Positions 39,331 through 53,021 of a stretch of DNA of 64,000 nucleotides are shown here, in pieces. Within the stretch, counting starts at the first letter, position 1; every line of letters starts with the position of its first letter. The DNA is from Azolla caroliniana (Eukaryota; Plantae; Polypodiophyta): contig JBHGNT010000004.1 of assembly GCA_043228905.1 (NCBI GenBank), forward strand, positions 19,158,001-19,222,000, read 5' to 3'. The notes beneath the pieces were generated by a model. The model saw only the letters and a list, made by a program, of their open reading frames with translations, made no database searches and had not been told where the DNA came from. The translations under genes were made by a program, and so were the position numbers.

Positions 39331-41039
39331 TGTCAACACATAGACAAAAGAAAAGGATAGGGGTGTTTAGAAGAAGCAAAATGGAGATATTTATTATTAT
39401 AAAGAGAGGATGTTACACATAATCGTCAACATGCGGACAAGAGGAATTAAGAGAATGAATGATAATGTAGGCTAGAGGGGTCGACACTGGTGTTGAACCG
39501 GAATGACTTGAAATAGTGAGGGGGCTTCAATTTATAGGAGTAGGTGATGCCGCATGCAAGAGCAAGCAATGCCACATGTCATCCCTGCATGAGTTTCCTG
39601 AAATGTTCTAGAATGTTCTATAATGTTGTATGCATACATCTCTTAACAATGACATGAATTATTATCATATAATCTTTATGACCCAGTGGGTAAGGTGCTA
39701 TAAGATTAGTGCTAGGGTCGAGGGTTCAAGCTTTGGCATGATTAGTATTCATGACACTATCCCCTTCTTAAACTGATGAGTGTTACGAGTTGCCAGGGAT
39801 GAAAGGCTAGATTTTGCCGGATACTTGCGATGGAAGGCATCGATAAGGGCTTGAGCATTAGTAACATTGTCGACAGGCTCCCAAGTATGATCGTTGGGAC
39901 TGTATCCAAGCCAATCCACCAAGTAATATAACTTATTGCGGATGATCTTGGAATCAAGGATAGCGGCAACCTCCTATTCTGGGCCATCAAATAGTTGAAC
40001 TACAGGTGGAGGTGGCACAACACGATGTGGAATATTGCTAGTGGCACAAGGCTTGAGGCGTGAACAATGAAATACTGGGTGAAGACGCATATGGGTAGGT
40101 AGATCCAAGCGAAAATCCATATAATTTATTTTTGCAGAAATCCTGAATGGGCCTAATCATTGACAATCCAATTTATCACATGGGTGTGTTGTTTGCACAT
40201 GTCATCGTAGAAGCCATACAAGATCTCCCTTTTGGAAGTTATATGGAAGTCGATGTCGATTCGCGACTGTCTTATGGGATGCTTGAGCTTGTTCTAGATG
40301 GGTCAACACCTCTTCTTGAATATGTTAAATGTGGGACACTCGATCTTCGGCAGTTGGATTAGTTGGAACTTCTGAAAATTCTAAGAATTTCAAGGGTGAT
40401 GACCTCTATATGCAAAAAATGTAGTGATCTTACTGGAATAGTGAACGGAATTGTTTTGCGAAATGAAGAATATCGGCCCAATCATCTTGTTGATAGCTGA
40501 TAAAACAACGAAGATATTGTTCTAATGTTTGATTGGTATGCTCGTCCTGACCATGCGAGATCTTGAGTAGAGATAATAAATGCCGCCAAAATTTTGAGAT
40601 GAATTGTGGCTCACGATCACTAACGATGTTATCTGGAAAGCCATGATGTCGAATTACCTCTCGCATAACAAGATCAATTGTTTGCTCACTGTTGATGGTC
40701 TTGGTACATGGTAGGAAATGTGCCATCTTTGTAAAGCGGTTCACCACAGTCAAGATAGTATCAAACCCTCGAGAAGGGGACAAATGGGTAATAAAATCGA
40801 GGAAATAGATTGCCAAGGTTTTGTTGGGATTGACAATCATCGTAACAATCCATAGGGATGGTGACGGGGCATTTTTGTATGACAGAATGTGTCACATGTG
40901 CAAACATGCTCCTCAACAAAATTATGGAGCTTAGGCCACCAAAATGCTCGGTTGACTAACTCTAAGGTCTTTTGAATCCCAAAATGCCCAACCATCTTAG
41001 TGTCATGGAAATGTTGTAACACCTTAAGACGAGAAGATC
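39331..41039 (-). mobile_element. Decayed chromovirus 3' part (integrase, chromodomain remnant, 3' LTR 39331-39756)
   Basis: DFITHL...RFTKMAHF...IVSDR integrase core (40430-40840); HFGIQKT...FWWP zinc finger; PPT next to 39756. Confidence 0.85.
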
Positions 41040-41247
41040 TGTTGAGCGAGCAAGCTCAACTTGGGCCGGATTAGTTGAGGAAGCCGAGAGCCGGATCGGA
41101 TGGAGACCGATCAGCTAGGCCCGGATGGGCTGAAGAAGCTAAGAGCCAGATCAGACAAAGACCGATCGGCTAGGCCGAGTCAGATGGAATCCAATAGGCC
41201 GCTAGGTGCCTATATTCCAATTTTAGTAAATAGGAATATTATAGGTT
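41040..41247 (+). mobile_element. Truncated copia LTR (TGTTGAGCGAGCAAGCTCAAC family)
   Basis: Same 5' terminus as the LTRs at 42442 (-) and 48661 (+); interrupted at 41248. Confidence 0.75.
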
Positions 41248-44205
41248 TGTAAAAGTTAGTGTGCGGAAGCTGGAAGAAACCGGTTTAGTCGGGTAGCAGC
41301 AGAGAATAAAAAAACACATTTCAATGGAAACTTGAGAGTATTTAGCATACACAGGAGAGATAGAGAGACAGAGAGAGCAGAACATAAACTCTATTAAAAA
41401 AATAACACTATGTATCACTCTCTACATACAACGTTGTCGTGAGGAAAACCGGCTACGAGGTGAAACGGGGACGTGGGTGTGTGCACAACCGCGTGCATGG
41501 ATACACACACATTGTATTTAAACTTGTACATAATCTAAGACTAGGCTAGGTCGGCATAATGGGAGAACTTTAATATGGGCGAATTAAATACGTACTCTAG
41601 TCAATCAAATCTCTATCCGAAGCAGTAGAGAATAAAGCATGATGTAGCTATGTGATGTGACGGCCTCTCCCTCCTTGATCTATAAAAGGGGGAAGAGTAG
41701 GCAGGAAGGAGGCATTTTTGGGAAGGGAGAACGAAGTGCTGCCGGACTGGGAGACCGAGCACCGTTCTCTATACTCTTTGTATTCTCTGTTTGTTCTCGC
41801 CTAGGTCGGACGCCTCTGCTTACGTAGGTAGCCCGTGTGCTCCTAGCAAAGGCTCCCCCTCCCATTGCATTTCGGCATTTGTTGTGTGTGTGAGTGCTCG
41901 CTGAGTTCGCGACTCAGCCTGGCTGAGCCGGTTGTAATTCCCTCGTCACCTAATCAATTGTTGGCTTCTGTTTGTTGATCGTCTGGTGTGTTGTCTCAAT
42001 CATGGCTGAGCGGTTGTACCCCGTGCACCTTGATACTACACGCCTTACTCACCCCTCCGTCTCTCCTAACTCTCCTCTTCTTCTTAAGCTCTTCAGTCTG
42101 AGGCCCCCGTGGTTCCACCGAGCTTCACACACGTACGCGGAATATCGCGACAACGTGCTAAACAATACTATTTATACAAGTCCTTAGAAGGATTGATAGA
42201 AGTACTATGTACTTCAATGCTGATACGAGCGGTTGGCACTAACTACGAGGATTGTGACTACCTAGTAGTCTAGGAGTATAGGCTACTACTAGCCTTTTGG
42301 TTCACATGTAAATCCGGCTCTCCGATCCGGCTCACCGATCCAACACACTGATCCGGCTCCTGGTTCCGAATACCATCCGGACACTGATCTGGCTCTGGCT
42401 TGTTTAGCCGATCCAGATACGGTTGAGCTTGCTCGCTGAACACTCCTCCTCAAGCTCAACTTGAGGTCGGATCGTGGTGTCAGCGTCTACACTAGCTGGT
42501 CCTTTCCTCCGGCTCCTTCTAACATCCTCCTGCCTTACTTGCACTTCTTATCCGGTTTGGTTTTGCTTCCCACGACCCGTCCAATTTTGCGCACCTCATC
42601 CTCCTTGGTCGGCTTGGTTGCTCAACAGGCCCATCACAGCTCCTTCACTGCTATGACTCCGGCACTTGTTGACCCATCAGTTCCTCCATGTCGGTGTCAA
42701 CTTCTGCTGCCTTCTCGTCCGCTTGGAGTTTAGTTGATCCGTCTCTTCTGAATCCAACTGTTGAACCGAATCGGCTTCTTCCGATTCGTTCTAGCTCTTG
42801 TTCGAGTTGGTAGTCTCCAACTCGTCTTCTGTTTTTAGGACCTTCACCACATCGGACCACATCCGGCTCTTGGTCTTCTTCCGGTCTGCTCTGTCCTTCT
42901 TGACTTTGCGGCCGCTACCGCTTGCTCCGACTTGTTCGGATGTGCCGACTCCTTCGGTCGGCTTGACTTTCTTTATCTGCTCATCTCCCCCCTTGGTTCT
43001 TTCTTCCTCTTCGGCTCCTTGTCCGGTGCCATCCGTTCTCCCCCTCAACTTGTCCGATTTGAGCAGCGTGGTGAAGATGTCAGCAACCTGCCGATCTGTA
43101 TGAACATATGGAAGTTCAACTTCACCGCTTAGGACCCGCTCATGGACAAAGTGATAATGCACTTGTATGTGCTTTGTCCGAGCATGGGATATAGGGTTCT
43201 TGGCGAGCTGTATGCTGCTTACGTTGACACCAGGGATCCGGGGTCTCGCAGCAGTCGCCGAAGCCAGATGGCTTTACAGGTGGCAATGGTAGCGCCCTGA
43301 TACTCAGCCTCAGTGCTCGACAGAACCATTGTTGGCTGCTTTTTGTTGCTCCATGCAACAGCTGCGCTACCAAGAGAAAACATGTAACCGGAGGTGGGAT
43401 TGTCCGAACCTTTCCGGATGAACAGTGACGAGTCGGACTTTGAGGCCGAAAACCCCATCTTACGCAACTGGTGCGTGATCTTCGCATTCCAAGCTCAGGG
43501 GGCTTGCTTCAAACCATAAAGCGACTTCTTGAGTCGGCATACTGCCAACTTGTTCATCTCCGATTGGAAACTGGGGGGTTGGATCATATAGACCCGTTCT
43601 TCAAGGTCACCTTGAAGAAACACATTCTTCACATCCATCTGATGAAGATGCCATCCCCTTACTGCAGCAACCGCCAACACCACGCGAACTGTCGTCATCT
43701 TTGCTACCGGAGTGAAGGTCTCGTCGTAGTCGATTCCTTGGGTCTGTGCGTATCCCTTTGCCACTAACCGGGTCTTGTACCGGTTGACAGAACTGTCAAC
43801 ATTGTACTTCACCTTATATACCCATTTACAATTGATTGGTTTTCATTGTCGGGGAGGGTCAACCAGGTCCCATGTGTCGTTGGCATCAAGTGCCCGCATT
43901 TCTTCCTCCATAGCAGCACGCCAATTTGCATCTTTTGCTACTTCTGCATAGCTCTCTAGCTCACGCACTTCCGCCACCTTAGTCATGTACGCATAGTGAT
44001 GCGCCATGTACTCATTGTATCCGTACATCTAGACGGGGTTCTTCTAGCAGATTGAGCGGCGTAACTTTTCGTTAGCCGGTTTGAGGTCCTTCTTGGCCAG
44101 TTCAGACTTCCTTTCTGAAGATCTGTCTTCTTCCTTTCCGGGGTCAGATTCACTCCGATCTGACCCTTCACTGCCGACTGGTCATCCCGACTCAGCCGCT
44201 CAAAC
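41248..44205 (-). mobile_element. Ty1/copia 3' part (internally deleted RT/RNase H; 3' LTR 41248-42442 split by a solo LTR)
   Basis: RT fragments 43495-44028 ([16 protein letters not shown]); RH fragments 42791-43467; PPT 42443-42454. Confidence 0.85.
41435..42152 (+). mobile_element. Solo LTR (718 bp) with 4-bp TSD
   Basis: Termini TGTCGTGA...TCGCGACA; TSD ACGT (41431-41434, 42153-42156); TATAAAA at ~41681; the host LTR resumes on both sides. Confidence 0.85.
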
Positions 44206-45035
44206 AGCCCACTTTAGGGTGTCCAACACGTCTCTAGCATGCATCTAGCTTCTCTGCCGTCAACACCTTTGTCAGCATATCCGATCCGTTCTCCACTGTC
44301 TAGATCTTCATAAGAGAAAACTCCTTTTCTTCTACCCTCTCCCGGAGACAATGATATCTCCTCTGGATGTGCTTGGTCCTCTAGTGGTAGGTGGCATTCA
44401 TTGCATGGTGGATGGAACTTTGGTTGTCACTGTAGAGTCACAATTCTTGTTGTTGAATCCCCAAATCTTCGATGAACTCCTTCATCTAGATTATCTCCTT
44501 GCCAGATTCTGTTGTGGCCATATACTCTACTTCCGTGGTTGACAACGCCACAACCTTCTACAGCCTCAATTGCCATGAGACGGCTCCCCTTGCATAAGTC
44601 ATCACATATCTAGACATGGACCGGATGGTATCTACATTAGCCGACATGTCCGAGTGAGTAAAACTTTTAACAAAGGGTTACCGAAGCCGAATTGGAGGCA
44701 AAAGCTCAAGGTGCCTCTTATCTACCGGAGTATCCACTTGACAGGTGCCCAATGCTTTCTACCCGGATTGCTCATGAATCGTCTACCAACTCTGACCATG
44801 TATATGATGTTTGGCCTGGTACATACCATCACATACATCAGGCTTCCGATTGTTGATGCATAGGGAACCTTCATCATGTCAACCTTCTCCTTCTTCATCT
44901 TCGGACATTGTCTCCTGGATAGCTTGCTATTGGTCGGGAGTGTCGAGCCGACTGGCTTTGCGCTTTCCATGCGGATCCTTTGGAGCACCTTTGTCATGTA
45001 CTTCTCTTGTGACAACCACAATAATTTCTTTGTAT
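44206..45035 (-). mobile_element. Tork-like copia RT/RNase H fragment
   Basis: WLSQEKY...PYAS...KWILR (44722-45063) plus decayed RNase H; no LTR at either junction; boundaries approximate. Confidence 0.8.
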
Positions 45036-48000
45036 TGTGAGAATGTGTTGCAGGTCCCGACAATTACAAAGAACTTGGTGTCGGTCAGACAAATCGTCAA
45101 CCAAGGGATGTAGGTCCGGTTAACCCATCTCGGGTATTTCATCGAAGAGGAAGGCCATATCATCGTGCAAGGACGCCAGGAAGGGAGGATGTTCATCCTC
45201 GATACAAATGACATCGGCACCACATTGTTTGCTAAAGGATAGAAGGTCGAATCGTACATCGACCTCTGGCATAAGAGAATCGACCATGTCAACCATCAAA
45301 GGCTTCAAGAACTGCAAATGAAACATGTTGTGTTCGGTTTACTGAAATTGAGTGGCCGGAAGGCCCACTTTTGTGAAGCCTGCCAACTAGGGAAGTAACA
45401 CCGACTTCCATTCCCCAACGAGTGAAATCGGAGCCGAAACAAGCTCGACTTAATCCATTCGGATGTGTGGGGATTGGCACAGAATATGAGCTTAGGGGGG
45501 AGTCAATACTTCATCTCCTTCAATGACGACTATAGCCGGCACACTTGGATCTACCTCATCGAAAAGAAGAGTGAAGTCTTTGACTATTTCTGGAGCCTGA
45601 AAAGCTAAGTGGTGAGGGAAACATAAAGGAAGATCAAGTGCCTGCGGTTGGATGGAGGGAAAGAATATTTTTCCGGCCAGTTCAACTATTATCTTCATCA
45701 AATGGGAATTCCGCGTGAATTCAACTACAGATATACGCTGGAACTAAACGACGTAGCCGAATGGAAAAAACGGTATGTTGTGGAAGTGGCACAGGCAATG
45801 CTGGAGGAGAAGAGCATGCCCAAGTTCTATTGGGCCAAAGCAATTTGGACTGCGGTGCACATCCAGAATCGGATCGGAGAAAAGGTGTCGGCACATGAGT
45901 TGTACTTCGGACAGAAGCCGAATTTGAGACACCTGAGGGTATTCGGTAGCATTGCGTACGTGCATGTTCCAGATGAGAAAAGGAAGAAGTTGGACGCAAA
46001 GTCAAAGAAGTGCATATTGGTTGGCTATTCACATGAAAAGAAGGGGTATAAGTGTTATAACCCCGGACCAAACCAGTTTGAGTAAGCCGAGACATTGTAT
46101 TCGACGAGTCAGCGTCTTGGTATGCTTTTTCGACTCCGACCCCCAACAACTCCGACCTCCCGATTACTGAGGATGAGGCCAGTGAGGAAGACATGATTCG
46201 GGAAGCAAAAGAAGAAGATTTCAGAGCTCTAGATGAGAGTCTTATCTCATTTCGGCCAAGTGGGCCGAATGAAGAGCTGAGACGGCATGACCAGCAGAAT
46301 GAAGAGCCGACAAGTAGTGAAGACTCAGTCGTGCTATCCCCACTCAAGGAACCGAGGAGACAATTCACGCGCAAAGAAAAAGGAAAGATGAAGATGCCGG
46401 AGTATGGCACGGATAAAGCAGAGTTGGATCTGGGAGAATCTGAGAATAATCGGAGCAAAGACGGACCTCAAGAATTGAGGTTGGATACAGCCAAGAGGGC
46501 CTTGAAATTGACTAACAAGAAGTTATGTCGATCTACTTGCCACAAGAAGCCGGTAATCCGGTACGGATATAACAAGTACATGGTGCATCACTATGCGTAC
46601 ATGACGAAAGTGGCAGAAGTGCGTGACCCAAAGAGCTGCGCAGACGTGGCAAATGATGCGAACTAGCATGCCGCTATGGAGGAAGAAATGCGGGTACTCG
46701 ATGCCAATGACACATGGGACCTAGTTGACCCTCCCCGACACTACAAACCGATCGGCTGCAAATGGGTATATAAGGTGAAATATAATGCCGAAGGTTCTGT
46801 CAATCAGTACAATGCATGATTAGTGACCAAGGGATGCGCGCAGACGCACAAAATCGAGTACGACGAGACCTTCACACAAGTAGCGAAGATGACGATGGTT
46901 CGTGTGGCGCTGCCGGTCACAGCGGAAAGAGGGTGGCATATCCACTATATGGACGTGAAGAATGTGTTTCTTCAAGAAGATCTTGAAGAACAAGTATACA
47001 TGGTTCAACCACCCGGATTTCAGTTGGAGGTGAACAAGTCGGCAATATGCTGGTTGAAGAAGTCACTTTACGGCCTAAAGCAAGCCCCTCGTGCTTGGAG
47101 CTCGAAGATCACAAATCGTTTGTGTAAGATGGGGTTTGCGGCCTCCAAATCCGATTCATCCTTGGTCATCTGGATGGTCCAAAAGGTCCGGTGTGCATTT
47201 TGCTATATGTCGACGACTTCGTCTTCACCAGACTCGACCTCGCTGAAATCGGCCACATCAAATCCTAGTTGTCGGATGCCTTTGAGATGAAGGACCTAAG
47301 GGACCTTCACTACTTCCTCAGAATCGAAGTGATCCACACCCCGGACGGAATATTGTTGTCTCAACGACACTACGTATTGAATATGTTGTACTAGTTCGGG
47401 ATGACAAACTGTCGATCCATCTCTACTCCCCTCGACAGAAACCTGAAGCTCCATCCCAACTTGGGACCGGCCTGTGATGAGCAATGGTTCCAACAAATTT
47501 TCGGAAGCCTTATCCACTTAACCATCACCCAAACCAACCTTAGCTATCCGATCGGGGTCATTAATCAATTCATGCAACAACCGACAGGTGAGCATCTATA
47601 GTGCGTGCATCGACTACTGCGATATGTGAGGGGCATGAAGGATTGGGGACTATTGTACCGACACGGTATAGCTGAACAATTAGTCGGCTATACGGATGCC
47701 GACTGGGCCGGAGATGCGTCGGATCGACGAACAACATCTGGCTTCATGTTCTCGCAGCCGACAGTGGCCCTATCGAGCATTGAGGCTAAGTATAGAGGAG
47801 CCACTGTCACGACTTGTGAAGCTCTATGGCTCTGGCGGCTATTGTAGGATTTACAGGTCGAGGTTCCTACTCCGATTCCGATCTACTACGACAACATTAG
47901 TAGCATGCAACTAGCAAAGAACCCCATTTTCCATGCTTGCACGAAGCACATAGAAGTGTATTATCACTTTGTGCACGAGGAGTCTTGAGCGGTGAAGTTG

Positions 48001-49091
48001 AACTCTTGTATGTTCAAACCGATCGGCAGGTTGCCGACATCTTCACTAAGCCACTCAGATCCGACAAGTTGCAACACTTTTCGGGGATGCTTGGTTTACA
48101 ACATCTCGACGTGCCGCACTTGAGGGGGAGAGCAACAAGAAAAAGCCGAAACCGAACAAGATGCCGAATCGACTGAAGAAATCCATACATCCGGTAGAGT
48201 CGGAACAAGTGTCAAAGGCAGTAGAGTCAAGAACGATAGAGCCGACCGAAAGATGAAGGCCAGGACCGGACATGGTCTAATGTGGTGAAGGGCCTAAAGG
48301 ATGAAGACGAATTGTAGATAGCCAATTCGGAGAAAAGCAGGAACGAATCGGAGGTAGTTGATTCGGTAGAGCTATTCGATTCGGAGGAGTCGAATCACAT
48401 GAAGGCCGAGCGGAAGTCGACACCGAGATGGAGGCGCTGACGGGGCGAGAAGCACCGAAGTCATAGTAGCAAAGGTACTGAGATGGTCCTGATGAGCAGA
48501 CAAGCCGACTGAGAAGGTTGAGGTGCACAGAATCGAACGCATCATGGATCACGGGACCGGACGGGATGAGGAGCGCACACAAGGCATGAAGACGATATGA
48601 GAAGGCGCGGGCAAGAAGCGGGCAGAGCAGAAGGAGCCTCAAGATGAGCTTGAGGGGGAGTGTTGAGAAGCAAGCTCAACATGGACCGGGTCGGCTGAAC
48701 AAGCCGAGAGCTGGATCGGTTAGGCCCGGATCAAATCGGAGAGCCGGATCTACGAGCCAGATTAGTGAGTTGGATCCACGAAGGCTGGCAGACCGTTAGA
48801 GGTCTATGATCCAAGCCTAGTAGATAGGCATATTTTTAGGAGTTAGTGTCAGTTGCTTAGTTATGAGCATTGAAGTACATGTTAGTACTTTTGTCAGTCC
48901 TTTTAAGGACTTGTATTAAAAGTTCTCTCTAGCACATTTGTATGTATAGACAGAGTATTATTTTGAAATTGAGTTTTAGCGTTCTACCCTCGCTCTCTGT
49001 CTCTCTGGAGTTCTCTGCCCTTCGTTTACTTTCTGTTGCTATCTAGTTGTAATTGGTTGTGTCTTTTAGCTTCCACACATTATTCTTTTCA
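45036..49091 (+). mobile_element. Ty1/copia element lacking its 5' end (GAG-pre-INT, INT, RT, RH, 3' LTR 48661-49091)
   Basis: Fragmented ORFs 45648-48176 with copia motifs; PPT 48649-48660; LTR homologous to 41248-42442. Confidence 0.88.
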
Positions 49092-50086
49092 AGAATGATG
49101 TAAAGCCAACTAATGAGAACCAAGGCAGGAGATACCCCTTGAGGAACAGAAGGCTCCCCCCAGAGATTTCCGGAAAAAGAACACGTTCTCTTAACCGATG
49201 AGGGGGAGCCCAAAAGCTTTGAGGAAGCTAAGCAAGATGCCCACAACAAAGAGTGGTTGTATGCCATGCAAGATGAGATGAATTCCCTACATGAGAACCA
49301 CACATACGATTTGAACAAGTTGCTAGAAGGTAAGAAGGCACTCCGGAATAAGTGGGTCTACAAATTGAAGCTGGGACAAGGCGAAAATCCACCCACAGTC
49401 AAAGCCCACATTGTGGTGAAGGGTTTCCAGTAGAAAAAGGGCGTATATTTCGACGGAATATTTGCCCCGGTAGTGAAAATGACATTCATATGGATGGTGT
49501 TGAGAAATGCAGCCAGCATGGACTTAGAAGTCAAAAAAACTTTCCTACATGGAGATTTGGAGGAAGAAATCTACACAACAGATGGAAGGATTTGTAAAGA
49601 AGGATAAAGAAAAACTGGTATGTCAGTTGAGGAAGACCTTGTATGGGTTGAAGTAAGGGCCTTGCAATGGTATCTGAAATTCGAATCCTTCATGGTAGAC
49701 CATGGGTTTCACAAGACACAAGTTGATCATTGCGTCTTCATGAAGACGTATGATGGAGGAGACTTCCTTATCCTCTTGTTGTATGTTGACGATATGTTTG
49801 TTGTCAGATAAGACCTAAAGAAGATTGCAAATCTTGAAGAAGGCCTTGAGCAAGTCGTTTGCACTGAAGGATATGGGTTCGGCCAAGCAGATTCTAGGAA
49901 TGCACATAGTACGGAATCGAACAAAGAAGTTGTTGTGGCTGTCACAAGAAAAATATGTGAAGGAGGTGCTCTAGAGATTCAACATGCAAAATGCCAAGCC
50001 GGTTGGCTCGACATTGCTAACAAACTGTAAGCTAAATGGAAATCAATGTCTGAAGGCAAAGGTGGAGAAAACTGAGATGAGCAAGA
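49092..50086 (+). mobile_element. Decayed Tork-like copia RT fragment
   Basis: LLTDEGEP...AMQDEM...LLLYVDDM, related to the elements at 19726 and 56853. Confidence 0.8.
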
Positions 50087-50109
50087 TGTTACCCATAAGA
50101 ATATACAGG

Positions 50110-53021
50110 TGTCAGGATAAGTACTAAGATAGAGAAGGAATTGGTACTAAAAGATGAGGATTAGTACTAAGAGACGTGTAGAACTCTCCAGAGAAGGAAA
50201 GAGTGAGCGAGAGAGAGATAGAGAGAGAGAAAGGGTGAGAGAATGATGATAAAAGATATATATTATGTGAAGAGAGTATACAATAGTAGCTAGGAGGCTT
50301 AAGACTGGCGTTGAACTGATTTGGTTCGAAATAATGCCTTGTGCCTCCTTTTATAGTGTTCTTAGGAGTACTCCTGAAGTTTCTAGAATGTTCCAGAGAA
50401 ATCTGGAATATACATCAATTTTCTATAATAAAACATAAATGAAAATAATATTCTACGTATTACAATGTATGGTCTAATGGTCAAGAGCTTGACCCATGTA
50501 GCATAAGGTCATGTGTTCTAGTCTTGCCATATCATGACACTATCTCCCTTTTAAAAGGACGAGTGTCACGAGTTGTTTTGGATTGAGGAGCACGAGCATT
50601 GGTCACATTTTCTATCGGTTCCCAAGTACGCTCGCTGGGACTATATCCTAGCCAATCAACTAAATAGTAGAGCTTGTTGCGAACAATCTTGGAATCAAGG
50701 ATGGTAGCAATCTCGTACTCAGGTCCATCTTCAAGCTTGATCGGGGGTGGAGGCTGTGTAATACGTCTTGGGATGGTGCTCTCTTGATAGGGTTTGAGGA
50801 GAGAACTATGAAACACCGGATGTATCCGAAGTTGCGGAGGTAGATGGAGACGAAAAGCGACATCATTAATCTTTCCTATAATATGGAAAGGACCTAATCG
50901 ACGATAATCCAACTTCTTGCATGGGCGAGTAGTCTTGATGTGTCATCTTAGTAGCCATCCCCGATCTCCGATGTTAAAACTGAATGGAAGTCGATGATGA
51001 TCTGCGTAAACCTTGCATGTTTGTTGAGCTTGTTGGAGATGAGTAGATAAATCGGCTTGTATCTTGCGTAACCGCTCTAAAAAATCCTCTGCGCAAGGAT
51101 TTGTGGACAACTCTGGGGTTTCAAATACACACCACCGGGGGTGAGAATGTATAAGCATAAAATGGCGTAACTGTAGTCGATGCGTGGACAGAGTTATTGT
51201 AGGCAAATTCGGCGAAGTGGAGATATCTGCCTAGTCATCTTGATGATAGCTTAGAAAGCACCGAAGATATTGCTCCAGCGTTTGATTTGTTCGTTCTGCT
51301 TGGCCATTGGTTTGTGGGTGGTAGCCGGAGGAGAGGTTACAAGTGACCTTGAGCATTTTAAAAAGGTGCTTCCAGAATTTCGATATGAACTTGGGGCCAC
51401 GGTCGCTGATGATACTATCGGGAAGGCCATGATGTCGACATACTTCACGCATGACCATTTTAGTGGTTTCTTCACTGGATATTTCCTTAGTACATGGCAA
51501 GAAATGAGCCATCTTCGTATATCGATCTACGACTGTTAGAATCACATTGAACCCCTTAGAGACTGGAAGATCTGTGATGAAGTCTACAACAATGGACTGC
51601 CACGGCTTCCTTGGAATTGGTAATGGTTCTAATAAACAATATGGATGATGCCTTGGCATTTTCGCTCTGCAGCATGTATCACAAGTCTGAACAAAATCTT
51701 CGAGAAATCGTCGCATACGGGGCCACCAAAATGATCGTTGTACTAAATCTAATATTTTAGTACTACCAAAATGCCCAGCTGTATATGTGCCATGACAGTT
51801 GGACTACTCGAAGGTGGCAAGAACCATTAGGAACATACAAGAGTTCATTAAAGAATAGTAATCCATCATGGTATTTGAATTGCCGATAGTCCATACCTGG
51901 TGGTTGGGACTATGAACAAGATGCTCGAGAGGGATCAAGTTGTGCTAGAATGGCTTGGGCGAAAGCTTCGGTCTTCAAGTCCTCACATATAGTATCGATA
52001 ACGTGGGAATCCATGGGCATGCCAAAGACTTGTGTTGCTTGTAATCGTGTCGGTCCCAAGATTACTTGCTTTTGGTTATCAAAAGCTGGCTCGCCGGGAC
52101 GCGGTGCTAGGTATGAACGCCGTGATAATGCATCTATCTGCCTTCCCTTGGTGCTTCCCCGGACGATATGTAATTTTGAAGTCGAAACATGTGAGGAAGT
52201 GGGCCCACTGATCTTGTCGTCGATTTAACACACGAGCGTCCTGAAAGTAGGCAAGGTTTTTGTGGTCACTGAATACGGTGACTTGATGAGAGGATCCCTC
52301 TAGAAAATGCCTCCACTGCGTAAAAGAGTCCACTATTGCCAATAGCTCCTTATCATGAATTTTGTAGTTGATTTCGGCGGCGTCAAACTTGCGTGAGTGA
52401 AAAGCCACAGGATGTAGCTTCTCATCATTACCCCATTGTGACAGAATGCTCCCCAATGCGAAATCTGGTGCGTCTACTTCAATAATGAATGGTTTTTTCG
52501 GATCGACATGAGCTAGAATTGGAGCCGATGTAAATGCCTTGTTAATACTCTCAAAAGCCATGTCTGCTTCTTTAGAACAAACGAACGATTGTCCCTTCCT
52601 GGTAAGCTGTGTGAGAGGTAGAACGAGCTTTGAGTAATCCTGTATGAACTTCTGGTAAAAATTGTCCAAGCCTAAAAAGCATTGCACATCTTGCACCGAA
52701 CGCGGAGTCTGCCACTCTACCACAGTTTTGACCTTAGCTGGGCCCATGGAGATGCCTTTCGAGGAAATGACGTAGCCCAGAAATTCCACCTGGTTGCACG
52801 CAAAACTACATTTTTCCAGCTTTGCATAAAGACCATATTCTCAAAGTCGTTTTAGTACTAACAATACATGAGAATCATGCTCTTCTTGGGTCTTCGAATA
52901 AACCAGTAGATCATTCAAATAGATGATCAAACAAACATTCAAGAGATCTCGGAATATATCATTTGCCATGTGTTGGAAGATTGCTGGCGCATTAGTGAGG
53001 CCTGGTGCGAAACGCGGTCTT
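50110..53021 (-). mobile_element. Ty3/gypsy chromovirus 3' part (RT, RNase H, INT, chromodomain; 3' LTR 50110-50539)
   Basis: RT/RH 52079-52789 (FLGYVIS, DKELLAI); INT 51231-51716; GPF motif and chromodomain [11 protein letters not shown]...YLVDWLGY...TWEP 50532-50912; PPT at 50540-50555; cut at 53022. Confidence 0.93.

Noticed and set aside
37222-50539. Inverted LTR pair as one giant TIR/DIRS-like element
   Set aside because: One copy is a 5' LTR with PBS and gag, the other a 3' LTR with PPT belonging to an element extending rightwards; there is no shared TSD and they are visibly diverged.
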